Counted from the first letter of the stretch, positions 36,329-46,303 are shown. The stretch: 64,000 bases of DNA from an uncultured bacterium (GCA_903831815.1 CAIKZC010000002.1:7244-71243), one strand, 5' to 3'. Notes: a model not told the origin generated them from the sequence alone. A program made the numbers and translations.

Positions 36329-37108
36329 TTATTGAATTTCGTAGGTAATCGACACGTCAGAAGTCGAGGTGTTCTGCCCTACCGGAATTGACGGTGTCGG
36401 AGCCGCAGAATTTGCTCCCATACCTAGAACCATATCTTTTGAATAATAGACAGGTCGTGCGGAACCACTTTCAGAGAAGCTGGTAATGCGGACCAAGCGG
36501 ACCCCAAGACCACTAGCAATAGATTGCGCCTGCGCTTTAGCTTGAGCGATAGCTTTGTTACGAGCTTCCGTTTTGACAGCGGAATCATCTTCAACAGTCA
36601 AAGAAAGTCCGCTTAAATTGGTGACATTCTTTTGTCCTAAAACACCGAGGATTGTTCCGGCAGTATCAATAGCGCGAATTTTAACTTGAACAGTATCAGA
36701 AACTGTATAACCAACCAAAATCTGTCGAGAAGGTGGACACAAGCCAACCGTACAAACCGAACCTTGATATTCATATTTCGGATTTATATCATACGAAGTT
36801 GTTTGAATATCTTTGTCGGCAATACCGGAAGTTTTAAGCGTTGCCAATACATCATTCATTTGTATGGTAACTTGATTTTGAGCATCAGCGACAGTTTTAG
36901 CGGTTTTTTCTATAGAAAAACTAACCGTGGCAATATTTGGAACAGCAAAAGCGTCACCATGTCCGGAAACTGTGATCGTATTTGTTGAAGGAGCACTGCC
37001 GATAAAACCCGTTGCTTTCAACGTATAAATAACCAAACTTAAAACAAAGATTGAAACTAAAACTCCCAACGTCATTATAAGTGCCTGAAAATATTTCCAA
37101 TCACGCAT
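36329..37108 (-). CDS. SIMPL-domain (DUF541/BP26-like) periplasmic or surface protein
   Basis: N-terminal TM, then the pattern ...ITVSGHGDAFAVPNIATVSFSIE...AQAKAQAQSIASGLGVRLVRITSFSESG typical of the SIMPL family. Confidence 0.55.
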   Translation of the reverse strand: MRDWKYFQALIMTLGVLVSIFVLSLVIYTLKATGFIGSAPSTNTITVSGHGDAFAVPNIATVSFSIEKTAKTVADAQNQVTIQMNDVLATLKTSGIADKDIQTTSYDINPKYEYQGSVCTVGLCPPSRQILVGYTVSDTVQVKIRAIDTAGTILGVLGQKNVTNLSGLSLTVEDDSAVKTEARNKAIAQAKAQAQSIASGLGVRLVRITSFSESGSARPVYYSKDMVLGMGANSAAPTPSIPVGQNTSTSDVSITYEIQ

Positions 37109-37150
37109 ATTTTTTTAAATTAAAATGATAATTAAATTATTATAACACGT

Positions 37151-38317
37151 CTATTCAACGGTAGACGTTGTAGACGAACTAGAAGTACCTGTAGAAGTTG
37201 CTATTGATGTAGACACATCGCTATCAACTGGCATAATTACGGTTTTCTCTCCCGCTTCCAAAATTTTTCCTGCTTCACGAGCGGTATCTTCCGCTTGTTT
37301 TAAAAGCACAAAAGAATCGCCGTAGTCTTTGACATCGAGTTTTGCATTGCCTTGAGACAAGAGATCAGAAGCTTGTTGAAGTTTGATCTCGGCTTTGTTT
37401 ATGTATGTGCTTGTTGCAACATTAATTGTGGTCGTGCCGATGATGGTCGAAGTCGCTTCAGTCGAGCTAGAGATCAGAGGAGTTATGTAAGGCAATTCAA
37501 CGCCACCCAATTTTTCATCGGTTGTCGTTGCAGTGCTAGAGGTAGCCGAAGCAAGTGAGACTTGAACAGCGGAAATGGCATCCTGAGCGGCTTTTTGTTG
37601 GCTAAGCAAAACCTCAATAGACAAAGTCGTACTTGAATTTCGTGAATCGATACCGGCTCGGTCTAAAGAAAGAGCCGTGGCTTGAATACTGACTTTTGTC
37701 GCCAAATCTTGTACGGCATTGTTAACTGTTGCATTACCGTCTACCAATGTATCCAAAATAGCTTCGTGAACTTTTAATGAGGATTCGGCTTTGGAAGAAG
37801 TATCGACTGCAGCCGCGCTATTATTGTCGGTTTCTAGTTGTTTAACACTGTCCTTGATGACGGCCAAGTTGGAATCAATCTTGCTTTCAGCTTGAGCAGT
37901 TGTGGTAGCATCGAGTGTGCCGGCCATAGCCATAGTTTCCACTTCTTCAAGTCGACGAACCGCCAGCTCGGTGTGAAGCTGAGCTTTTGACTGAGGAGTG
38001 AAAGCGAACAATCCCAGAACATTTTCGTTGACGCTGGTCTTAACTTGATATAGAGGTTGTCCAGGAAGAGCTTTTTCGGCAGCGGTTGAAATGCCTCCAA
38101 TTAGAAGCACGGCCAAAAGCGCCATGGAAACGTATTGAGGTTTTACATACAAAGAAATATTTCGCCAATAGAACATCGGTGAATACGGCGAAAGAGTATC
38201 GCGTTCCGAATAGGCGATCTTAGAAAGCAATCGCGCTCGCATAGCCTCGCGCTCATCGAACGTTAATCCGATTTTTTGTCCTAAGTTATAAAGTTTTTCT
38301 TCAAATTTATTAATCAT
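37151..38317 (-). CDS. putative anti-sigma factor (cytoplasmic N-terminus, one TM, extracytoplasmic Ala/Ser/Thr-rich domain)
   Basis: Start overlaps the upstream ECF sigma gene by 4 nt. TM YVSMALLAVLLIGGISTAA. Confidence 0.45.
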   Translation of the reverse strand: MINKFEEKLYNLGQKIGLTFDEREAMRARLLSKIAYSERDTLSPYSPMFYWRNISLYVKPQYVSMALLAVLLIGGISTAAEKALPGQPLYQVKTSVNENVLGLFAFTPQSKAQLHTELAVRRLEEVETMAMAGTLDATTTAQAESKIDSNLAVIKDSVKQLETDNNSAAAVDTSSKAESSLKVHEAILDTLVDGNATVNNAVQDLATKVSIQATALSLDRAGIDSRNSSTTLSIEVLLSQQKAAQDAISAVQVSLASATSSTATTTDEKLGGVELPYITPLISSSTEATSTIIGTTTINVATSTYINKAEIKLQQASDLLSQGNAKLDVKDYGDSFVLLKQAEDTAREAGKILEAGEKTVIMPVDSDVSTSIATSTGTSSSSTTSTVE

Positions 38318-38814
38318 ATATGTAATATCTCCTGCAACATTTTGATTGCTCGATTGAGTTGGACTGAAACTGAATTTTCCGTACGTTTGACGATCTCTCC
38401 TATTTCCGACGGTGAAAGTCCTTCCACAAAACGCAATGTGACGACCTGTCGATATTTTTCCGGAAGCTTTGCGATCGCCTGACGAACTTTATCAATCTCC
38501 ATAAACTCCATGATTTTCCCTTCGTCGTCATCTTCTATATCAAAACCACTTTCTTGCATCATATCCAGCGAAACCATTTTCTTGCGACGATACTCGTCGA
38601 TGATCAAGTTGTTGGCTACCCGATAGACCAATGCGGTGGGATTTTTAATATCTGTGCCCCTGTCAAAATACTCCCAAACTTTCAAAAAAGCTTCTTGAGA
38701 AATCTCCAAGGCCCGTTCACGACTACTCAAACGAAAAAAGCAATGTCTGAATATCGCAGAGGAAAGCGTGTCATAAAGAGCTATAAAAGCTTGTTTTGTT
38801 TCCTCTTTGTCCAT
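38314..38814 (-). CDS. RNA polymerase sigma-70 factor, ECF subfamily
   Basis: Region 2 ...AFLKVWEYFDRGTDIKNPTALVYRVANNLIIDEYRRKK. Region 4 HTH LPEKYRQVVTLRFVEGLSPSEIGEIVKRTENSVSVQLNRAIKML. Confidence 0.85.
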   Translation of the reverse strand: MDKEETKQAFIALYDTLSSAIFRHCFFRLSSRERALEISQEAFLKVWEYFDRGTDIKNPTALVYRVANNLIIDEYRRKKMVSLDMMQESGFDIEDDDEGKIMEFMEIDKVRQAIAKLPEKYRQVVTLRFVEGLSPSEIGEIVKRTENSVSVQLNRAIKMLQEILHI

Positions 38815-39273
38815 ATATAGACGGTCTCAAAGGGCCGTTCTTACAGCATATAATACCACAAAAAACCAATACATAAAGCCCATTTTTGCATAAAAAAAGG
38901 CGGCAGGTGAGTATCATCCCTGGTATACAAGAGATTGAGTCACCAGACCGCCGTTGCTTCTAACGTCTATGCGAATGATCCGCAAGAAAATGCAAACCAT
39001 CGGCACCATGAACAAAATGGTCCAAACCTCCCTTCTCGTCTTTCGGCCAATCCATTCATGAACAGGCGCGATGATAAGTGTTGTGTCACCTCATGTGACA
39101 CGGTTCAACGATACGCTCTAACCGATGTTAGGGTCGTCGCGAGGTAGCACCATGACGGAACCTCCCTTCTATACTCAAGGATATTCCCACAAATATCGCG
39201 TGTCAAGTTCATAACAAAGCTCGCCATGCAGCCATCTTAAAAAAACTTTTAAATTACAAAATCAATTAGAAAA

Positions 39274-40251
39274 CTAATTATGCCATCTTCCGAAGATTCC
39301 GGCCGGTAAAAGTCTCCCGGTTTTTTCTTCTTCAATCGTGAGTTCCCCTACTTCAATAGAGCCGCCCCAATCAGCGGTTAAATTTTTTAAAATATTTTCT
39401 AAAGCGATAGCGGAATATCCAGCTGCATATCCGTTAATTAAAAAGAAAAGTGGTTTTGGCGCCATAATTTGCTTGCAAAGTTCAACTAATTGCAACAAAC
39501 TTTCTTCGATTTTCCAGACTTCACCGTTTGGTCCGCGTCCAAAAGCCGGCGGATCCATAATAATGCCGTCGTATTTTTTGCCTCTTTTAATTTCTCGCTT
39601 CACAAAAACAATCGCATCATCCAAAATCCAACGTATTTTTTTATCAGAAAGTCCGGAAATGTCGGCGTTGTCTTTAGCCCAGCTGATTGCCGATTTCGAG
39701 CCATCAACGTGACAGACATCGGCGCCGGCCTGGGCGGCGGCCAAAGTCGCGCCACCAGTATAACCAAATAAATTCAAAACAGAAATTTTCTCACTGCCGG
39801 CGCCGACATTTTTTTTATGATCCATTATTACATTTCGCAACCAATCCCAGTTTCCAACTTGCTCGGGAAAAACGCCGACATGTTTAAAGGCCGATGGTTT
39901 GATCCAAAACTTCAAACCACCTAGGATTATCTGCCACTTATCAGGCACATTCACCTTTAGTTTCCAAGCACTTTTTTCCTGTCTGCCACCTTTTGATTTT
40001 TCATCCTTTGATTTAGCTTCTTTTATACCTTCATTTTTAGCCATTTCATGAGCAAAAACACCTTGAGCCTTCTGCCAAACTTCAATAGGAGCACTTTTAG
40101 TCCACAATGCCTGCGGATCCGGACGAGCCAAAGTAAACACGCCGAAACGTTCCAGCTTCTCGCCTGCCCCGCTATCAATAAGAGCGTAATCAGCCACCGA
40201 TTTTGTAATCAAAATTTTTGGATTCATATGATGTGAGTTTATAAAATCCAC
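39274..40251 (-). CDS. class I SAM-dependent rRNA methyltransferase (RlmI/RlmK-like)
   Basis: SAM-binding site LNLFGYTGGATLAAAQAGA, DGSKSAI, IIMDPPAFG (the DPPxF motif of this family). Confidence 0.65.
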   Translation of the reverse strand: MDFINSHHMNPKILITKSVADYALIDSGAGEKLERFGVFTLARPDPQALWTKSAPIEVWQKAQGVFAHEMAKNEGIKEAKSKDEKSKGGRQEKSAWKLKVNVPDKWQIILGGLKFWIKPSAFKHVGVFPEQVGNWDWLRNVIMDHKKNVGAGSEKISVLNLFGYTGGATLAAAQAGADVCHVDGSKSAISWAKDNADISGLSDKKIRWILDDAIVFVKREIKRGKKYDGIIMDPPAFGRGPNGEVWKIEESLLQLVELCKQIMAPKPLFFLINGYAAGYSAIALENILKNLTADWGGSIEVGELTIEEEKTGRLLPAGIFGRWHN

Positions 40252-40278
40252 TATAACACAAAATTAAATAAGCACACC

Positions 40279-41595
40279 CTATTCTTCTCCAACCTCTTCA
40301 TCCAGCTCTTTTTCAAATTCTTGCTCCATGCGACGAGGCGACAAACTGGTAAAGAAATGAAAGAGAACAATAAAAAGCGTAATCCAAAAAACACCGAGTG
40401 CCATGCCAGCTAAAACATCGGATAACCAGTGCGCATTAAGATACAATCGACTTAAACAAATTAAAAGTCCTGATAATACGCAAGCGGAAATATAAATTCG
40501 CCGCCAAACTAAATTACGAATTGAATCTTTGAAAAAATAAATGATGAGTCCAAAGAATATCACGGCCAGAGTGGCGTGACCGCTCGGAAAACTAAAGTCT
40601 GAAGTGACAACTAGTGAAAACGGCGGTCGAGCAACGTGAATTATTCTTTTCAAGATTGTAAAAGAAATTATACCGGCAAAAAGAGACGAAGGCAGAAGAG
40701 CCAAAAAAAACCAGCGACGACGATACATAAAATATCCAGCTAAAAAACATCCAACAATAGTCACATTGGTCGGTGTGGCCAGTGCGGTAATAAAAATAAA
40801 AATATTTGTGAGAAACGGTGTTCGAATATTTTGGAAGAAATTATTTAAAATCAAATCAAATCTGTGAATCCTGCTTCCAATCACAACCGACTCGGTAATT
40901 TTGGCTACGACGTAAATAGAAACGAGGTTCAGTAGAAGCGGATAGACTTGGTAACGTTGGATAATATGTTTATTCTTTTCGGTAAATCGGCTAATGAATT
41001 GATAGCTATAGATAATCAAAATGCTTAGGACAAGGGCAACAAAAAATATTACACCAAAATAACGCGACGCAACTTCGAAACCTTGTCCAAAAATAAATCC
41101 AACCAAGATATTTACGGTTGCCCACGACAAGGCGCTCAGTGCCGCAAAAGGTAAAAATAAATCAAGGTTAATATCGGCAGAACCGGCCGCAAACGGCACC
41201 ACGCACCGTGTTAGAGCGTGAAAACGGCCTCCAATAAGGGCTTTTCGAGGATGCGCTTGAAGAACTTTTTTGGCTTTTTCAAAATGAACCGGTTTAAAGA
41301 AAATATACTTTCCCATTCTGATCAAAAACTCATAACCAAATTGATTTCCTAGAAAATAAGCAGTGGTGTCACCAATAAAGGCGCCAATCGAAACAATAAT
41401 AACTGCCGGCCAAAAATGCAGAATGCCAATCTTAACAAAAAATCCGGCTGCAATTACAATCACTCCACCAGGAATTACTAACCCGACTAGAGGTAAAGAT
41501 TCGAGCAAAGAAAAAATAAAAATAATAATATAACCCCACTGCCCCAAAATAGCGAGTGGAAGATTTAAAATAGCGTCAACTAAGTGACTCAGCAT
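40279..41595 (-). CDS. fusion membrane protein: DedA/VTT-family domain + PAP2 (BcrC-like) phosphatase domain
   Basis: N-terminal DedA-like segment ...LLESLPLVGLVIPGGVIVIAAGFF.... C-terminal PAP2 motifs KxxxxxxRP (LKRIIHVARP), PSGH (FPSGHA), SRxxxxxHxxxD (SRLYLNAHWLSD). Confidence 0.7.
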   Translation of the reverse strand: MLSHLVDAILNLPLAILGQWGYIIIFIFSLLESLPLVGLVIPGGVIVIAAGFFVKIGILHFWPAVIIVSIGAFIGDTTAYFLGNQFGYEFLIRMGKYIFFKPVHFEKAKKVLQAHPRKALIGGRFHALTRCVVPFAAGSADINLDLFLPFAALSALSWATVNILVGFIFGQGFEVASRYFGVIFFVALVLSILIIYSYQFISRFTEKNKHIIQRYQVYPLLLNLVSIYVVAKITESVVIGSRIHRFDLILNNFFQNIRTPFLTNIFIFITALATPTNVTIVGCFLAGYFMYRRRWFFLALLPSSLFAGIISFTILKRIIHVARPPFSLVVTSDFSFPSGHATLAVIFFGLIIYFFKDSIRNLVWRRIYISACVLSGLLICLSRLYLNAHWLSDVLAGMALGVFWITLFIVLFHFFTSLSPRRMEQEFEKELDEEVGEE

Positions 41596-41619
41596 ACAAT
41601 TTTATTTTTACAAATAAAT

Positions 41620-42426
41620 TTACAAAAAAGGAATGAAGGCGAAAGCAACAATAATTCTATAAATACCAAATGAAGTAAAATTATGCGTTTTAACATAACT
41701 CAAAAACCATCTAGCGCTAAAATAAGCTGTGATAAATGCGGTAACTAGACCAACAAACAATAATCCATACTGCCCCGTTTCAAGATGAGGAGAACTTTTT
41801 ATTAACTCATAACCAGAAGCGGCAGCCATTGTCGGTACTGCCAGCAAAAAAGAAAATTCTACGATTGCCGCGCGCGAGACACCGAGCGCGCGACCAGCCA
41901 CAATCGTCGCTGCCGAACGCGAAACTCCGGGAATTATGGAAATAGCTTGAGCCAAACCGATCATGACCGCTTTGGTATAAGACATACCAGACAGTTCGGC
42001 AAGTGATTCTTGTGTCGGTTGTTTATCTTTATGAAAAATTTCAAAAAGAATGAGCAATGCTCCGCCAATTCCGAGCGCCCAAACAGCCAAAGTATTGTTG
42101 CCGAGAAAATCTTTAAATAATTTGTATAAAATTAAACCGATTATGCCGGTCGGAATAAAAGCCGCTAAAATTTTTGTCCAAACCGCACGCAAAGCGGACA
42201 TACGAGACCAATATAAAGTTACGATGGCTAAAATGGCACCGAACTGAATTACAATTTCAAAAGTTTTTAAAAAATCATTATCGATAAGACTCATTAACCT
42301 TGAAGCCATCATTAAATGTGCTGTTGAAGAGATCGGCAAAAACTCGGTTAGTCCCTCCACTGCCCCTAAAACCAACGTTTGAAGTATATGCATAGGCATA
42401 AAGTATACAATCAGAATGGCAATCAA
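41620..42426 (-). CDS. uppP: undecaprenyl-diphosphate phosphatase UppP/BacA
   Basis: LGAVEGLTEFLPISSTAH and downstream BacA-family motifs. The true start is probably an internal Met (MPMHILQ). Confidence 0.85.
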   Translation of the reverse strand: MIAILIVYFMPMHILQTLVLGAVEGLTEFLPISSTAHLMMASRLMSLIDNDFLKTFEIVIQFGAILAIVTLYWSRMSALRAVWTKILAAFIPTGIIGLILYKLFKDFLGNNTLAVWALGIGGALLILFEIFHKDKQPTQESLAELSGMSYTKAVMIGLAQAISIIPGVSRSAATIVAGRALGVSRAAIVEFSFLLAVPTMAAASGYELIKSSPHLETGQYGLLFVGLVTAFITAYFSARWFLSYVKTHNFTSFGIYRIIVAFAFIPFL

Positions 42427-42536
42427 GCAACATTGTGTTATTGTGAAAAATTATCATTGCTCCGCAGGTATAAAAATTGATATACTTTTATTCACCTAAG
42501 AAAAAGCAAAATTTATTAACCAATATTTTTTCACGT

Positions 42537-44867
42537 ATGAGTCCAACGACAAAAGCGGAAATAAAAAAAATTTCCAAGGCAGCAGATCTTATAAAAACGA
42601 TCCAAAAACGAGACGGTTCGCTTGTCGATTTTAATTTTGAAAAAATTGTTATTGCAATTAACAAGGCGATGAATGCTGTCGGTGAAGGTTCCGAGGACGA
42701 AGCCCGTATTGTCGCCACCAGAGTACTTTCCGAACTCGTGCGCATCAAGAAAAAATTCAAAAATTTCGTCCCGACCGTCGAAGGCGAACAGGATATCATC
42801 GAAAAAGAACTTATTTTAAGTGAATACGTGAAAACCGCTAAAGCTTACATTCTTTACCGCGAAGAAAGAAACAGAATTCGAGAAAAAAGACTCGAAGTTC
42901 CTGAAAATGTAAAAAAAATGGCGGAAGAAAGCAAAAAATACTTCCGCAACTCGCTCGGTGAATTCGTTTACTACCGATCTTACTCAAAATGGATCGACGA
43001 AGAAAATCGCCGAGAAACTTGGATTGAAACAGTCGATCGATATATTGCGTTCATGAAAGAAAATTTGGGCAACAAACTCAAAGACACCGAATACAAAGAG
43101 GTTCGTGAGGCGATTTTAAAACACGAGGCAATGCCATCGATGAGACTTTTGCAATTTGCCGGCAAAGCGGCTCGCGCGACGAACGTTTGCGCATACAATT
43201 GTTCGTTCATCGCTCCGACATCTTTTCAAGACCTCGCCGAGATCATGTACATTTCCATGTGTGGAGCCGGATCTGGCTGGGCAGTAGAAAGCACCAATGT
43301 TCAAAAATTTCCACAGATCGAGCCTCAGACCGGCGAAAAACTTCCGACATTTGTCATTCCCGATAGCAAGGAAGGTTGGGCCGACTCGCTTACTCTCGGT
43401 ATGAAGACTTGGGCCAGCGGCAAAGACATTGCTTTTGACTATTCACAACTTCGACCGGCAGGAGCACGACTTGCAACCATGGGAGGAAAATCATCCGGTC
43501 CTGCACCACTCATGAGACTTCACAATTTTACCCGCGACACAATGATGTTAAGACAAGGTAAACGTCTACGAAACATCGATGTACATGACATTATATGTAT
43601 GATTGGTGATTGTGTCGTTTCCGGTGGAGTTAGACGAAGCGCCATGATCTCGCTCTCCGACCTCGATGATGCCGAAATTCGAGATTCAAAGAAAGGTGCC
43701 TTCTACGTTGCTCATGGACACAGAATGTTGGCTAATAACTCGGCTGTTTATATCAATAAACCAAGTAATGAAGACTTCCTTAAAGAATGGATGGCTCTCA
43801 TTGAAAGTCACTCGGGAGAACGCGGTATTTTCAATCGAGGATCATTGGCTAAAACACTGCCGGAGAGACGTATAAAGGTCTTGAAACAATATAAAGGATA
43901 TTTTGACGCTTCAGGACAAAATATCATTGGACCGATCGGCACCAATCCTTGCGGAGAGATCATTTTGCAATCAAAACAGTTCTGTAACTTGTCCGAGATC
44001 GTCGCTCGAGCCGAAGATACCGAAAAAACTTTGTTAAAGAAAATGCGTATAGCCACGATCATCGGAACCTACCAATCATCTCTCACTTTCTTCCCTTACC
44101 TTTCAAAACAATGGCAAGAAAATTGCGAGAAAGAAAGATTACTGGGAGTTTCCGTAACAGGTCAATGGGATTCGCCTGTTGCTCGCAAACCGGAAGTTTT
44201 GAAAAAACTCCGCGAAGAAGCCATAAAACAAAATAAATTGTTCGCAAAAAGATTCGGTGTTGGCGAATCAACCGCCATCACTTGCGTAAAACCATCCGGG
44301 ACTCTTTCACAAACCGTTGATTGCTCATCCGGCATGCATCCACGACATTCTCCTTACTATATCCGACGTGTTCGCATCAGCGCCACCGACTCATTGTTCA
44401 AAATGCTTCGCGATCAAGGTGTACCCTATTTCCCGGAAGTTGGACAAACAATGGAAAATGCTTCAACTTATGTTTTGGAATTCCCTGTCGCCGCTCCGGC
44501 CGGTTCGATTTATAAAAACGACATTAGCGCCATTGATCAACTTGAGCACTGGAAGATCGTAAAAGTAAATTACACCGAACACAATCCATCCGTAACGGTT
44601 TCAGTTGGCGATAATGAATGGATCGAAGTAGCAAATTGGGTTTACAAAAATTGGGACATTGTCGGAGGTCTTTCATTCCTTCCACGAGACAATCACGTCT
44701 ATCAACTTGCCCCGTATGAAGCTATCGACAAGAAACGATACGAGGAACTTTCAAAACGACTTGAACACATCGATTACTCAAAGATCATTTCTTACGAGAA
44801 GAAAAATGAGCAAGATCTAAAGAGAGAGTTGGCGTGTGCGGGAGGTGTTTGTGAGACAGCATTATAA
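42537..44867 (+). CDS. nrdJ: class II (adenosylcobalamin-dependent) ribonucleotide reductase with N-terminal ATP-cone
   Basis: ATP-cone IQKRDGSLVDFNFEKIVIAINKAM. Catalytic NPCGEI motif. C-terminal Cys pair ACAGGVC. Start taken at MSPTTKAEI; the track ORF begins at 42477 with an implausible extension. Confidence 0.65.
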   Translation: MSPTTKAEIKKISKAADLIKTIQKRDGSLVDFNFEKIVIAINKAMNAVGEGSEDEARIVATRVLSELVRIKKKFKNFVPTVEGEQDIIEKELILSEYVKTAKAYILYREERNRIREKRLEVPENVKKMAEESKKYFRNSLGEFVYYRSYSKWIDEENRRETWIETVDRYIAFMKENLGNKLKDTEYKEVREAILKHEAMPSMRLLQFAGKAARATNVCAYNCSFIAPTSFQDLAEIMYISMCGAGSGWAVESTNVQKFPQIEPQTGEKLPTFVIPDSKEGWADSLTLGMKTWASGKDIAFDYSQLRPAGARLATMGGKSSGPAPLMRLHNFTRDTMMLRQGKRLRNIDVHDIICMIGDCVVSGGVRRSAMISLSDLDDAEIRDSKKGAFYVAHGHRMLANNSAVYINKPSNEDFLKEWMALIESHSGERGIFNRGSLAKTLPERRIKVLKQYKGYFDASGQNIIGPIGTNPCGEIILQSKQFCNLSEIVARAEDTEKTLLKKMRIATIIGTYQSSLTFFPYLSKQWQENCEKERLLGVSVTGQWDSPVARKPEVLKKLREEAIKQNKLFAKRFGVGESTAITCVKPSGTLSQTVDCSSGMHPRHSPYYIRRVRISATDSLFKMLRDQGVPYFPEVGQTMENASTYVLEFPVAAPAGSIYKNDISAIDQLEHWKIVKVNYTEHNPSVTVSVGDNEWIEVANWVYKNWDIVGGLSFLPRDNHVYQLAPYEAIDKKRYEELSKRLEHIDYSKIISYEKKNEQDLKRELACAGGVCETAL

Positions 44868-44895
44868 GAAATAATAGCTGTAAAAAGAAAAAGTA

Positions 44896-44990
44896 AAAAG
44901 CAGTTTTGTGGGCACAGGTAAATTTCCTGCTGGAAATTTCCTTCACACTCGGCCCGTCGGCCTCCGTGAGTCCCTCAAAACTGCTTTTTA
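44896..44990 (+). repeat. structured palindromic repeat element, copy D (3' of nrdJ, between convergent genes)
   Basis: Core identical to A except hairpin 2 reads GGCC-CGTC-GGCC instead of GCGC-CGTC-GCGC, which is compensatory. Outer stem AAAAAGCAGTTTTGTGGG / CCCTCAAAACTGCTTTTT followed by a T-run. Confidence 0.8.
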
Positions 44991-44998
44991 CTTTTTCT

Positions 44999-45565
44999 CT
45001 ACACACCTAGTGCTTGTGATGCCGAAGCTATCAAATAAATACCGATAAAGTTGAGGATCAAGGTCATAGGGATCAAATAGCGGGTTTTCATTTTTGAAAT
45101 TCCCATCAAACTGAGACCGATCTCGTCCGGCAGAGGAGAAATGATCACCACTGCTCCTACAAGCGGCCCGAACCATCGTAAAAAAGTAAAATGCGTCTTG
45201 CTTAAAATCTTCTTAAATCTTGAATCCTTGATCGCCCCCCTTACATCTTCGGAAAAAACATCTCGAATAAAATAAAAAATAATCAAGTCGCCGAGCATGG
45301 CGCCAAAAGCCCCCCATGCAGCCAGAGTAAAAGGGTCGATGCTTTTGGAAAGATGGGCAATGGCGATAGATGCTGGTGAGATTGTAAAAATACTTGTCCA
45401 AAAAAGTCCGGCGATAAAACTTTCAACAACAGACCATCCTTGCGAAACACTCAAAATTTTATCCAGAACACCAAATCTCACCAAAAAAATCGTGAACACG
45501 ATACTTAGACCCAAAATAAACATGTCACGTCGAAGATTTTTGTAGTAATCGATCTTTTTGATCAT
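44999..45565 (-). CDS. hypothetical integral membrane protein (about 5 TM)
   Basis: Hydrophobic segments throughout. No motif recognised. Confidence 0.4.
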   Translation of the reverse strand: MIKKIDYYKNLRRDMFILGLSIVFTIFLVRFGVLDKILSVSQGWSVVESFIAGLFWTSIFTISPASIAIAHLSKSIDPFTLAAWGAFGAMLGDLIIFYFIRDVFSEDVRGAIKDSRFKKILSKTHFTFLRWFGPLVGAVVIISPLPDEIGLSLMGISKMKTRYLIPMTLILNFIGIYLIASASQALGV

Positions 45566-45756
45566 GCAGAAAGTATACCATAAAGAACTTTGTGTCAGCG
45601 CATTTGTCTTTATCCAACACCTGTCAAGGAGAGATCGAAAAAGTTGTGCACTTCACTAAAATAAAAACATTGAAAAAGACTCAAACGGGGCTTAATGAAA
45701 GCTGTTTAGAACTTTATTCACTTGTTATTAACATCTTACTCACATAAAAAGACTTG

Positions 45757-45783
45757 ACTAAAAAAGGTCGGGGTTATACTTAC
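45757..45783 (+). promoter_or_regulatory. sigma70-like promoter candidate
   Basis: TTGACT-(15/16 nt)-TATACT upstream of the 45841 ORF. An AAGGAGGG element lies 30 nt before the ATG, too far for a normal RBS. Confidence 0.35.
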
Positions 45784-45840
45784 AACACGCCCGAAGCCTC
45801 AAAAGGAGGGTTAAATAAAATTAATAATAATTAATAAAAA

Positions 45841-46041
45841 ATGAGAAAAACAATAATCAAAGCGACAAGTTATGTTTATGAGCATCTCACAAATGTTCTA
45901 TCAAAGGGTTTGCAGACGGCAATCCCGAAGGATGTTTTGGAGAAGGAGGGTTTGGACGTTGACGAGCTTAGCGAATATTTTTACACTAAGCGCGGACCTT
46001 ATGGACTTATTCATTTCTTGGGCATAAGAAAAGCAATTTAG
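45841..46041 (+). CDS. small hypothetical protein (66 aa)
   Basis: Complete ORF downstream of a sigma70-like promoter. No motif. Confidence 0.3.
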   Translation: MRKTIIKATSYVYEHLTNVLSKGLQTAIPKDVLEKEGLDVDELSEYFYTKRGPYGLIHFLGIRKAI

Positions 46042-46078
46042 GATTGAAGGTTAAAATTATTAGCTAACCTTAAATAAC

Positions 46079-46270
46079 ATGTGGCAAAATTGGGTAAACG
46101 CAATTCTTGGTCTCTGGATAATGCTCTCGTCGTTCTTAGGTATGAGCTTGAGCGCCATGATGACTAACTTATTGATCGTTGGTGCGGTAATTGCAATCTT
46201 GGGGTTCTGGGGGGCATATAGTGCAAGTCGTACATATGACTCATCGGAAAGTAGACATATGCATGCATAA
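46079..46270 (+). CDS. small hypothetical two-TM membrane protein (63 aa)
   Basis: MWQNWVNAILGLWIMLSSFLGMSLSAMMTNLLIVGAVIAILGFWGAYSA. Confidence 0.35.
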   Translation: MWQNWVNAILGLWIMLSSFLGMSLSAMMTNLLIVGAVIAILGFWGAYSASRTYDSSESRHMHA

Positions 46271-46303
46271 GATCAAAGTGCAGAAAAGATAGAGAAGAAA
46301 AAA

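Noticed and set aside
38880-39260. Possible tmRNA (the region contains an ANDPQEN...-like reading frame)
   Set aside because: No tRNA-like acceptor/T-arm (GGTTCGA-TCC) at either end and no GGGG...CCCC-ACCA closure. The peptide does not end in a hydrophobic degradation tag.
42477-42536. N-terminal 20-aa extension of nrdJ in the ORF track (MIYFYSPKKKQNLLTNIFSR)
   Set aside because: AT-rich promoter-like sequence. A better start sits at 42537 (MSPTTKAEI...), immediately before the ATP-cone.
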